Origin: Chrysemys picta bellii
Taxonomy: Eukaryota
NCBI RefSeq assembly: GCF_011386835.1
Contig: NC_088802.1
Coordinates: 41,850,001 to 41,914,000 of the forward strand
DNA: 64,000 nt
Direction of reading: 5' to 3'
Below the pieces are notes generated by a model that was given only the letters and a program-made list of their open reading frames with translations, did not search any database and was not told the origin of the DNA. This document shows positions 1-10,080 of the stretch, in pieces. Within the stretch, counting starts at the first letter, position 1, and every line of letters begins with the position of its first letter. Position numbers and translations under genes: made by a program.

Positions 1-1284
1 AAAAAACGCTGGTGCTTCCTCCTCTCCCGTTGCAGCCGTCCTATTTCTGTTACAATTTATTCCACTTGGGTAAATGCAGCCAAGAGGTCGAGATAATATA
101 GGGTCCTGTCATAGAACAGAGCCTGCAGTAAAGGCAGCAAATTGTGCATTCAAATGCCTTTCTCCTGGGCTGGCAGCTGGTTTAAAGCTTCCACATGCAG
201 GGGTGGTGGGAATGATTGGGCCAAATCAGACACTCGGCTCCTTCCCTGTATGCTCCGGATCTGGTAAGAAATGACTCCACATAGTAGCCCAGAGCCAGGA
301 GCATCCTATCTGAATGTCTTGGTAAGGTGGTGTGGTTGTTACCTTTCTAATCCGGGGTTTTGCTAATGAAGCATGTTGTGGCAGATAAGGAAGGCTGAAT
401 AAATACTCAGGGCCAAATTTTGCCGTATTCCACTGCTGTGAATCCAGAGCAACCACATTGGGTTCAGTAGTGTTACTGCCATGGTTGGCATCCACGGAAC
501 CGAGAGCAGAATCTGGCTCTACAGAACGGAGCTCCTGCTGGGTTTCATGGTACATGGAGAAGGCCAAATCTAAGGAGCCCTTGTGGAATAAATTGGGCAC
601 TGAGTACGCGGCCGCGAGACGTGGTGTCCATCCTCCAGCCTGCATGGCTGTCTGGCGGCTTTGCTGCTTGTGAGTCCCATTGCAGAGCTCTCTCCTGCCT
701 TGAGCGTGGGGCGTGGCACGGGTCTCCTAGCCCTGCTCGGGGCGCTCTGCATCTCTGCTTGAATCCATCTCCTGCTTCAAAGCAGACAGCATTACTCACC
801 TGGGGGAGATGGGGAATGCATACGTGAACCGCAATGGAGCACAACACCTTAAGGTTGCCTGTCCACAGATACGCACGGTCCCAGCCTCCTCACACGGACC
901 TGCCCGGTGTCTGTGGATCAACTAGGGGCAGAGGCTCTGTGCATGTTCTGAGCCTGAGTTTCCTCTTCTCAACTTGTTCTCCAGTCTCTGACCAACATCC
1001 CTCCTTTTCCCCTTCCCCAGAGTGACTCCTAACCTACTCTGTAGAGCTCTTCATGAAAGCCAGCTGGCTTAACAGGGGCTGGGTTTTCATTTTACTCCAG
1101 GATCCAATCCTTTATTCTCCCCCTACCTCCTTAGTTCTGAGTTTATTCTATGGGTTTCCTTCCTACAGTGTTTCTTTGGTGAAAAGTTGACTCCGATAAT
1201 AGATGCTGAGGGTAGGTAGCGTCGATAGAAATACAAATCTCTAGAGATAGATAGAGGAGGTGCAGATGGAAGGGAAGTCAGTCC

Positions 1285-1677
1285 AGAGAGAATTGGGTTT
1301 ATTTAGTCTGCAGAAAAGAAGAGTGAGGGGGGATTTGATAGCAGCCTTCAACTACCTGAAGGGGGGTTCCAAAGAGGATGGAGCTCAGCTGTTCTCAGTG
1401 GTAGCAGATGACAGAACAAGGAGTAATGGTCTCAAGTTGCAGTAGGGGAGGTCTAGGTTGGATATAGGAAAAACTATTTCATTAGGAGGGTGGTGAAGCA
1501 CTGGAATGGGTTAGCTAGGGAGATGGTGGAATCTCCATCCTTAGAGGTTTTTAAGGCCCAGCTTGACAAAGCCCTGGCTGGGATGATCTTGTTGGGGTTG
1601 GTCCTGCTTTGAGCAGGGGGTTGGACTAGATGACCTCCTGAGGTCTCTTCCAACCCTAATCTTCTATGATTCTATGA
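1285..1677 (+). mobile_element. CR1 LINE 3' fragment
   Basis: End of RT ([25 protein letters not shown]), CR1 3'UTR and TTCTATGATTCTATGA tail. Confidence 0.93.
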
Positions 1678-3183
1678 GAGGAAGTTATGTGATGAATCAT
1701 GAGGTGAGTGATTCCTGATGGAACAGATGATTCATAGTAGATCTAAGGCCTGATCCAATGACTCCCATTGATTTCAGTGGACATCAGCTCTGGCCTTTAT
1801 TGAATAGGTTATTGAATCATCAGAGAAAAAGAGCAACTCTTTGCAGTACAGTACAGGCATGCCTAGGCCAGATCCTCCGCTGGTGCACAAGCTCCACTGA
1901 AGTCAGTTTCCCACCAGCTGAGGATCTGCCCCACCTATATTCAGGTGTCGATCTTGATGCACAAAAAGAGGTGGAGACAATGAGAAAAATGTCCTGTTTC
2001 TTTATCAGTTTCAGTCTCTATTTTATAATACCCCTTCTGCTGTGGGGTTCGCTCTGCTGCACCCATCCCAACCCTGGACTGTCTTCTCTCTGCCTTATGC
2101 ACCACCAGCAGCAAGAGCTTGGTGTGCATTTAATCTCAATGAATTACCTATTCCAATTTACTTTGCATTGAAACAAAACTGACCTTGAAGACAGCTACGT
2201 TTTTTGGAAAGAGATGTGGTTTGCATTCCACACATCCACCTAAAAATTGAGATCATGGATGCAGAAAGCAGCACGCACAGCAAGAAGCAGCCAGCTATTC
2301 AGAACAGGGAAAACCTGAGCTTCTCTTCTGCAGATTCAATGCACCCAGCCGCTGTCATAATGTGCACGTCCAACAATTTCAGGAAACTTGCGTGGGCAGC
2401 TCTGATTGCGTCCAGGTTACTGGAGGCGATTGAAAGCCGTGACCACGCTACTGTTGAACTGTGTAAGGCTTTGTCTGTCACATTCATGGGGTTTGTGACA
2501 AAAACCTTGCCCCTTGTGGTGGTTTCACAAGGCATTGTGGTCTTTCCACCTCCAGGCAGCGCGTGGCTGAGCAACGTTCGGTCAGTTCTCATCAATGTGA
2601 ATCTGTAAACATCCAGTGTTGTGCAGCATCCAAGAATGACCTGGATTTTTAAATGGTGGAATTTATTTTTTTATTGAAAGATAAAGAATTTTGCCCAAAA
2701 CGGTGTTGACCCAGGGCTCCCCTCCCTGTGTTTTCTGTAATTTGGGGTGTGGGGGTTGGAGGGAGGCTGCCATGTTAAACCAATGACTTTTTTCAATGAT
2801 AAATGGCCAGCCTTGGAAATAATACATGAAAGCAGAGACACTTGATCACTCCTTTCACTGCTGTGGATGTCTTTCTAGAGGAGAATTAGGTAGAAGCATC
2901 CTTGGAAAGATCACAAGGCAGCATCCCTCAGGGAGACTTGATACAGCACAGGAGGGTCTCGGTTACGCTGCCGACCTCACAGCGGGGACGAGGTTTAAAT
3001 AAACGTGACAGGCTATTCTGTATCTTCAGCAGATTTAAAGTCAGGCCAGAGCCCTTGTTGTAATTATGCAAGGTACTAGAAGCGTAAGCATTTTTGCAGC
3101 AGGCTTATTTCAAATGGTGAACTTCTATTCTGCATGCTCTTCCAAGAGTTAGTCATTATGGATCTGATCAAAAGACCATTGAA

Positions 3184-3533
3184 GCAAGAGAAAGACGGAG
3201 GAAAGGGTAGGCCATCAACTGAGCAGGGAAGGAGAGCTAATAACCGATGACATCAAAAAGGCTGAGGTGTTTAATGCCTATTTTGCTTCAGTCTTCACTA
3301 CGAAGGTTAATGGTGACCAGATACCCAGTGTAATTAATATTAACAACAAGGGGGTAGGAATGCAAGCCAAAGCAGGGAGAGAGCAGGCTAAAGAAAATGT
3401 AGATAAGTTAGATGTATTCAAGACAGCAGGGCCTGATGAAATTCATCCTAGGGTTATTAAGATACTAGCTGGAGCAACCTTGGAACCATTCGGTTGAGGT
3501 CCCAGCCAGTGCTACGTTTCTGTGATTCTATGA
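3184..3533 (+). mobile_element. CR1 fragment: early ORF2 segment joined directly to the 3' tail
   Basis: KAEVFNAYFASVFT...GPDEIHPRVIK, then TGAGGTCCC...TTCTGTGATTCTATGA tail from ~3495. Confidence 0.8.
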
Positions 3534-4016
3534 AGTCGGGGTGGTGTGGGGAGTGTATGTAATCAATACCATATTTCTCTGTATCAAGTCTCCCTGTGGA
3601 ATGCTGCCTTCTGATCTTTGAAGGACTCTCCTCGCTAATCCAGTTCTATATAAAGAGCTATCTTAGTGACGCAATGTCTAGTGCCTCATGGATTTTCTCA
3701 TCTTGTTAATTGCCCGTCACCTCTGGGACCTGGAGATTTATTTGTGTAGCTCAACCTCGAAATGAAAATCAGTTAACATTAGAAACCTAGAATTCCACAA
3801 AATGGCACCAAATCTTTGATGCAGAAATGCTAGAGCATTGTAAAGTGAGTGTAAACAGTGTGATGTAAAGGGGATTAGTGTAAATCAGAATTGGGCCTCT
3901 AATGTCAATTAGCAAAAGATAACTCTGCTATTGGGGAATGATTTGAAGGTACTGTATTACTGACCAAAGCCAGCAGGCAGTTTAAATGGACACACTTTGT
4001 AATATACGGTGTTCAC

Positions 4017-4351
4017 CAGGGATCGGCAACCTTTGGCACGCGGCTTGCCAGGGTAAGCACCCTGGTGGGCCGGGCTGGTTTGTTTACCTGCCACGTCCGC
4101 AGGTTCGGCTGATTGTGGCTCCCACTGGCCGCGGTTCACCGCTCCAGGCCAATGGGGGCGGCAGGAAGCGGCGGCCAGCACATCCCTCGGCCCACGCCGC
4201 TTCCACCAGCTCCCATTGGCCTGGGAAGGCGAACCACGGCCAGTGGGAGCCGCAATCGGCCGAATCTGCAGACGTGGCAGGTAAACAAACCGGCCCGGCC
4301 CGCCAGGGGGCTGATCCTGGCGAGTTGCATGCCAAAGGTTGCCGATCCCTG
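4017..4351. mobile_element. Palindromic non-autonomous hAT element (MITE)
   Basis: TIRs CAGGGATCGGCAACC / GGTTGCCGATCCCTG. The whole element is an imperfect inverted repeat. Degenerate 8-bp TSD GTGTTCAC/GTGTACAT. Confidence 0.9.
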
Positions 4352-4408
4352 GTGTACATCTCCGTGAAATTGGGACCTTATTTTGCAGTGTGGGTGTCCA
4401 GAGATAGC

Positions 4409-5047
4409 CAGGGCCAGGTGCAAGTTTCCCGCCCTAGGCGAAACTTCAACCTTGCACACACACACACCCCCCGCAGCCCTGCGGCAGCTCCCCGCCTCCC
4501 CCCTGAGGCACCCCCCTCCCCGGAGTTCCCCTCCCCGGGGAGCCGTGCAGCAGCTCCTCGCCCCAGCCCACCTCTGCTCCGCCTCCTCCCCGAGCACGCT
4601 GCCCCCGCTCTAATTCTCCTCCCCTCCCAGGCTTGCGGCGCCAAACAGCTGATTGGCGACGCAAGCCTGGGAGGCGGGAGAAGTGGAGCGGCAACAGCGT
4701 GCTTGGGGAGGGGGCGTAGCAGAGATGAGCTGGGGTGGGGAGCTGCCGCGGGGGGGGGGGGTGCCTCAGGGCGGGGGAGGGAGCTGCCGCAGGGCTCCCC
4801 ACCCCAGCTCACCTCTGCTATGCCCCCTCCCCGAGCACGCCGCCCCCCGCCGGCAATGACAATAATTGCATGGAGCGGCCGCTGCACTGGGAGAGGGAGT
4901 CTGAGCCGCACGTGTCAGCGCGCCGCCTGCAGACCAGCCCAAGAACGCTGTAAAAAAAAAAAATTTGGAGGCACTGCTTTTTGGCGCCCCCAAATCTTGG
5001 CGCCCTAGGCAACCGCCTAGTTTGCCTTAATGGTAGCACCGGCCCTG
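4409..5047. mobile_element. GC-rich hAT MITE
   Basis: TIRs CAGGGCC(A)GGTGC / GCACCGGCCCTG. Perfect 8-bp TSD GAGATAGC (4401-4408, 5048-5055). Internal inverted repeat at ~4697-4842. Explains the long Pro/Ala/Gly-rich ORFs here. Confidence 0.93.
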
Positions 5048-5948
5048 GAGATAGCAACCTTTATTAAGGGCTTACATTTTCCAAGTTGCTGATCAAGGGC
5101 AGCCTCCATTTACTGCACTGGGAAGAAACTGTGAGTGCCTCAACACCTTTGAGTAATGCATCCTTTATTTAGCTCGGAAGCCTGGTAAATTTTGGCCATT
5201 GGGCCCAGTTCTGAACTCCTGTCAGTACAGATCAGATGTGACTCCTCTGAAATCAATGGGAATACGCCCACGTCAAACTGCACTGATGTGAATTCAGAGT
5301 CAAGGTCATACGGTTTCATTTTGATTGTTGTTTACTTTCAGAGTAATTCACTCCAGTAGGTACACAGCACAGCCCTCCACAGAAAGCTGCCTGGTGGTAG
5401 CACACGCTGTTTACATGATGCTTATGTAAATTTACTTTCTGCCATAACACTTCTTTCAGCAAAGCATAGCTACATTAAAGGCCAAGAGCGTGTGCTTAGT
5501 AAATTGCCCAGTATTATCTTTGGACATTGCAATATAAAATGAGAATCCAGCAGATCTCGTATGGACAACTCTCTCTTGGGTAAACAAGGCTGAGGTATTC
5601 TCTTCCTCTCCGGAAATATGTAATATTGCAGCTCACTGTTTTAAAAGCTGATCTGTTTGATCCCAGTCATAGCTGTCATAATATATGAAATCACTGTCTT
5701 AAGCAAGAGCCATTTGTTTAAAAATATTAATAATAAACTATTACAAACTCAGTTCCAAACAAACAGGCTTTTACCCAACTTGAGTTCTAGCTTTGTCGTC
5801 TTTGTTTACCAGGGCCGCTCCCTGTTTGGAACACTATACAGCACAGAGACATCTAAAGGCTGAATAATATACTCTAAGTAAGCATATTATTAGAAGGGCT
5901 GCAATTCACTGATCAGGAAAAGGGATCCTTGTGTCAGTGCTTCTATCA

Positions 5949-7687
5949 CGGGGTGGGCAAACTACGGGCCGCATCTGGCCCCTCAGGGCTTTGAATCTGG
6001 GCCGCGGGATTGCCATCCCCACACCACTCCCAGAAGCGGCCAGCACCACGTCCCTGTGGCCCCTGGGCGAGGGGGAGTAGAGCGCACTGCAGGCTGCCCT
6101 TGCCTGTGGGTACCTCCCCCAAAGCTCCCATTGGCCGTGAATGGGGAACCGTGGCCAATGGGAGCTTCAGGGGAGGTACCCACAGGCGTGCAGAACCCTC
6201 TATGCCCCCTCCCCCAGAGGCCGCAGGGACGTGGTGCCATCCGTTTCCCGGAGCAGCGCGGGGCCAGGGCAGGCAGGCAGGGAGCCTGCCCTGGCCTCGC
6301 TGGTGTTATACCAATAAAAACTAGCAGGATCTTATTAAAGGGGACAAGATAAAGATGCCACATTTATTATGATAACAATTTGATTTATGACCAAAACTAA
6401 TATCTTAATCCTTATACACACACATTATACCTAATACCTACACACACACATATATATATATCCATCAGATGTTCTGCAGCTGCTGCATAGTTACCAGTCC
6501 TGCTTCAGTCTGTGGCTTGAGTTTGCAGCTTGGGTTCATAGCTTGTGGCGACTAACTGGCCAGGAAAGCCGGGCACAAGGACGAGCTGGGTCTCTGTTGG
6601 GCATGCACCGATGCCCTTCCATGTTGGCAGCAGAATGTTACCCTCCTCCAAAGTTTTCCATCTCACCCATCCTTTTTGTAGGCTTTAGTTTGAATTCAGA
6701 GTCTATAGGTCTTGCTGTGTCACGCTGCCTCTGGGTTTGGTGATTGATCACGATCACCCGTCAATTGCAGACATGACTTTCAGCCTTGGACCGGGCTTTG
6801 ATCTTCCTTCTATTGTACCTTTTCTTTTTAGGGTGGATTCTTCTTACTTTGTTAGGGCTCTTGTCTGCATCTTCAGCCGTTGGTGTTTGAACTCTATTTA
6901 ATTAGGACAGGCTGGGGCTGGAGGTTGATTCCATCATCCATACATACCTCATTCACACATCTAAACTAATAAGATTACAGCAGGGTTTGCAAAAATGAAG
7001 GTTGCAGCAAGCCCTTACAAAATGGAGTAAGCATTTTAAAATGGGGTTTGAATTACAATATGGACAAGTATAGTGGATGGCAAACAGTGACCAGAAGTTA
7101 CACTGTAGGCAAGTGTAATAAATGGTGAACAGAAGTTCCAATACTGAAACAGTGCAAGTCTCAGTGATTTAAGCAGGAATTGGATTGATAGTGAAACCCA
7201 CAAAGGCAGCTGACTGAACAGCTATGGCTCTTAACAAGCATCTTAACTGTTAATTAGCCAGTTATTGGGGTAACCGGCCCTATGAACGAACATTGTTTCA
7301 CTCACAAAACTTTCCTTATGAAGCCACACCAATAAAGTAAACAACCAAAAACAATTTCATTCATGAGTCCTACACTGGATGCCGCTGCCACCCCAGAGCC
7401 GCTCCAAGTAAGCGGTGCCGGGCTGGAGCCCTCACCCTGAACCCCTCCTGCACCCCAACTCCCTGCCATGAACCCTCTGCCTGCACCCCGCACCCCTGCC
7501 TTGAGCCCCCTGCCGCAGCCTGCATCCCAACTCCCTGCCCTGAGCCCCCTGCCTGCACCCCAACCCCCTGCCGCACTCCACACCCCTCCCGCAATCCAAC
7601 CCCCCGCCCCAGCCCTACATTCATGGCCCTGCAAGCAATTTCCCCACCCCGATGTGGCCCTCGGGCCAAAAAGTTTGCCCACCCCTG
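5949..7687. mobile_element. hAT non-autonomous element interrupted by a solo LTR
   Basis: Termini C(A)GGGGTGGGCAAAC / GTTTGCCCACCCCTG. TSD TTCTATCA/TTCTAGCA (7/8). Confidence 0.85.
6304..7374 (-). mobile_element. Solo LTR (ERV1- or Gypsy-type), ~1.07 kb
   Basis: TG...CA termini (TGTTATACC...GTCCTACA). 4-bp TSD CTGG (6300-6303, 7375-7378). AATAAA on the minus strand near 6363. Abrupt shift from GC-rich flanks to AT-rich interior. Confidence 0.75.
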
Positions 7688-8993
7688 TTCTAGCATGTGG
7701 TCCTACTTCTATTTAAGTGAGTAGCAATAGGATCAGGCCCATAGTTTCTCAATCACTTTGGGGTCTGTGGTGTAATACATATACTATAATACATTGTACA
7801 GACAAGTGTTTGACTACTTAGTGCCCAGGGTCCGGGAGAAAATGGCCCCGAGGCACTTCACAAACAAAGGTTTTCCCAACAGTGGATTTTCCCAGAGTAA
7901 TTCCAGTGGCAGAGGACACGAGAGGCTTCCTGGGTATGTATTGTCAGAGTTCCATGGGAGTTGGGTGCTGATCTCCCACTCAAATTCTGCAGGATTTGGG
8001 CTTCTACCTACGTTAGGTCCTTTGAAAACACCAGCCTAAACCCTCTTGGACCACTTGATCCCTACACCTTGCAGGCATCCCACACAGAAAGTCTGTGGAG
8101 TGTGAACTCCATGGGGCTAACTCTGTTTTCATTTACACTGGGTTAAATCAGGAATATCTCTATTGACATCAGTGGAGATACACTGGTGCAAAACCAGGGC
8201 AGGTGCGATCAGAATCAGGCCCACTGGGTTTGGTGGCAGGAATGTTCAGGGTGCAGCTGCATCCAAACGCTCCCAAACCAGAAGTGAGCCCAAGCTGTGT
8301 AATCTTTTTTCACAAGGACACATTTGTTTTTCTCTTTGGCAGTCGGGGACAGATGTGAGGGAGCCATGCAGATCCCGGGGATGGACAGGAGTTTGGGAGG
8401 AAGAACTCCCAGTGGGGAAGTCTGTCTCTCTCTTTATAAAAGAAGCTTGGCTCGTAGACGTGAGCTGTCCAGGCCCTGTCCTCAAGACTCATCTTTTGCG
8501 GTTCTCTCTTCCATTAGATTTAACCGTGCACTCATGTCTGTGGTAATCGGTGGAGAACTCCACTGTAAACTGGGGCGTTTATATGCTGTGAACATGCCAT
8601 TCAGCTTGTAGAGTGGAGTGGTAATGCCGTGCTAGAACGTGTGGCTTTGATGGGCTTTGTTTCCCAATCCAGCAGTTTTAATGGCATGACGTGTGGAATA
8701 CAATGCCCGCTGGGTGCCACTTCTATCCCTTCCGCCCAGTAGGGAGCCAGGGTGGGTTCCTTCCATTTCTCCCATCACGGCCAACTCAGATGGTCTCTAA
8801 GGAACATCGTCCGAGCTGGAGCACGGTGCCAGAGCCTTGTGTTAACTCAGCCGGGGCGTGGTGGGGTTTGCATGGAGAACCTCCTGCAGTGATACAAGGA
8901 TCACAGAGTAACGAACCTCCTCTGTATTGCTGTTTCTGTTTTGTGCGTGTGTCTTTTGTTCACCATTTGCTTTTGGTCTTTTCTACTGAACAG

Positions 8994-9034
8994 CCGCGGT
9001 TCCGGAGTCCTGCCCTATAAACATTGACGAATAG
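8994..9034 (+). CDS. RNF157: RNF157 alternative (cassette) C-terminal exon, (A)AVPESCPINIDE*
   Basis: Long polypyrimidine tract + CAG acceptor (8991-8993). The 41-nt exon is phase 1, like the terminal exon, and ends in TAG immediately followed by donor GTATGA (9035). The peptide aligns gaplessly to the remembered MGRN1 short tail ALGPDSCSVGIDE*. Confidence 0.75.
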
Positions 9035-9886
9035 GTATGAGATACGCAAAGTCCGAACAACCCTCCCTCTCCTTTTACTGTTTGATTCTTTTTTTTTTAG
9101 ACTTCTCTTGATGAGCAAAATTGCCCCCAGGCCACAATTAATGGGGAAAAAAATCTGGCCCCGCCCCTGTACGCCTTGATGGTGAGCCCGTCCCCTTGAG
9201 AACATGAGGGGTTTTCCAAACCCGGTGAGCCTGGATCTCCACTGCTCTGCACCTGGGGTTGTCACTGACACCAATGCACAGTGGGCGTCAAACACTCCTG
9301 GAGCAGAATGTTTCACCCACTTGGCACTGGCATAACGGATGCCGCAAAGTGCAGGACAATGGAGAATGGGGCCCGCTGCTTGGATTCAGCGCGAAAGACC
9401 GGTCGTATGTTGGGGGGCTTATTCTGAAGCTGGGCTGCTCTCCTCCGGCCCCCGCCACTGGCTGTGGTTTAAAAACAAACAGTGAAGGCTTTGGTGAGTT
9501 CTGCCGGCGTGTGCTACCCATCCACATGCAAAGGGAAAAAGCCACTCCCAGTGCAAAAAACCAACCAACCTAAAATAATACCCTGGGGTGGTTTGTAGGG
9601 GAATAAATTACCCCTCCATGGCATAATGGAATATTGCTTTGGATGGGGAGGGCAGGTTCTGGTTCGTGTTGGCAAAATGGTTTCTCCCTGGAGAGATCTT
9701 CCAATTCATACTCCGTTTGGCCTCGTTGGGGCTAACTAGCCCAACAGGGGACGTGTCTCTGTTAATGTTAACCTCTTATTTTATTATTTACATTGCAGTG
9801 AGGCCTGAAGACCCCTAGTGTGCTGGGTGCTGTATGTACACACAGTGAGAGACAGTCCCTGCCCCCAATGACCTGACCATCTAAAT

Positions 9887-10080
9887 CAGTGGTTCTCAAA
9901 CTATTGTACTGGTGACCCCTTTCACGTAGCAAGCCTCCGAGTGTGACCCCCCCTTATAAATAAAAACACTTGTTTATATATTTAACACATTATAAATGCT
10001 GGAGGCAAAGCGGGGTTTGGGGTGGAGGCTGATAGCTTGCGACCCCCTGAGAGGTCCCATCCCCAGTTTGAGAATCCCTG
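9887..10080. mobile_element. hAT MITE inserted in an older L2/MIR-type repeat (~9790-10310)
   Basis: TIRs CAGTGGTTCTCAAAC / GTTTGAGAATCCCTG. Perfect TSD ATCTAAAT. The flanks join into a MIR/L2-like sequence. Confidence 0.9.

Noticed and set aside
1866-1928. Short spaced inverted repeats (GGCCAGATCCTC..GAGGATCTGCCC), recurring at ~31360-31445 and ~31900-31990; considered as a CRISPR-like or novel array
   Set aside because: Dispersed, decayed short MITE-type repeats in a eukaryotic genome, with no direct-repeat/spacer periodicity.
2204-2608. Overlapping 134-aa (+) and 98-aa (-) ORFs, with an acceptor-like TTCTCTTCTGCAG
   Set aside because: No resemblance to RNF157 or any family I recognise. 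The ORF starts are non-ATG and there is no convincing donor. Left unannotated.
3986-5057. Long ORFs of up to 340 aa on both strands
   Set aside because: They span two GC-rich MITEs, are low-complexity Pro/Ala/Gly/Arg, and have no domain. Open frames are expected in stop-poor DNA.
5342-5359. Possible 18-nt microexon (TTTCAG...TAG|GTACAC)
   Set aside because: Immediate stop in the RNF157 phase and a weak donor. No supporting homology.
7896-7933. Possible 38-nt exon ending at GTATGT
   Set aside because: Length is not frame-preserving and the peptide does not match the expected RNF157 penultimate exon.
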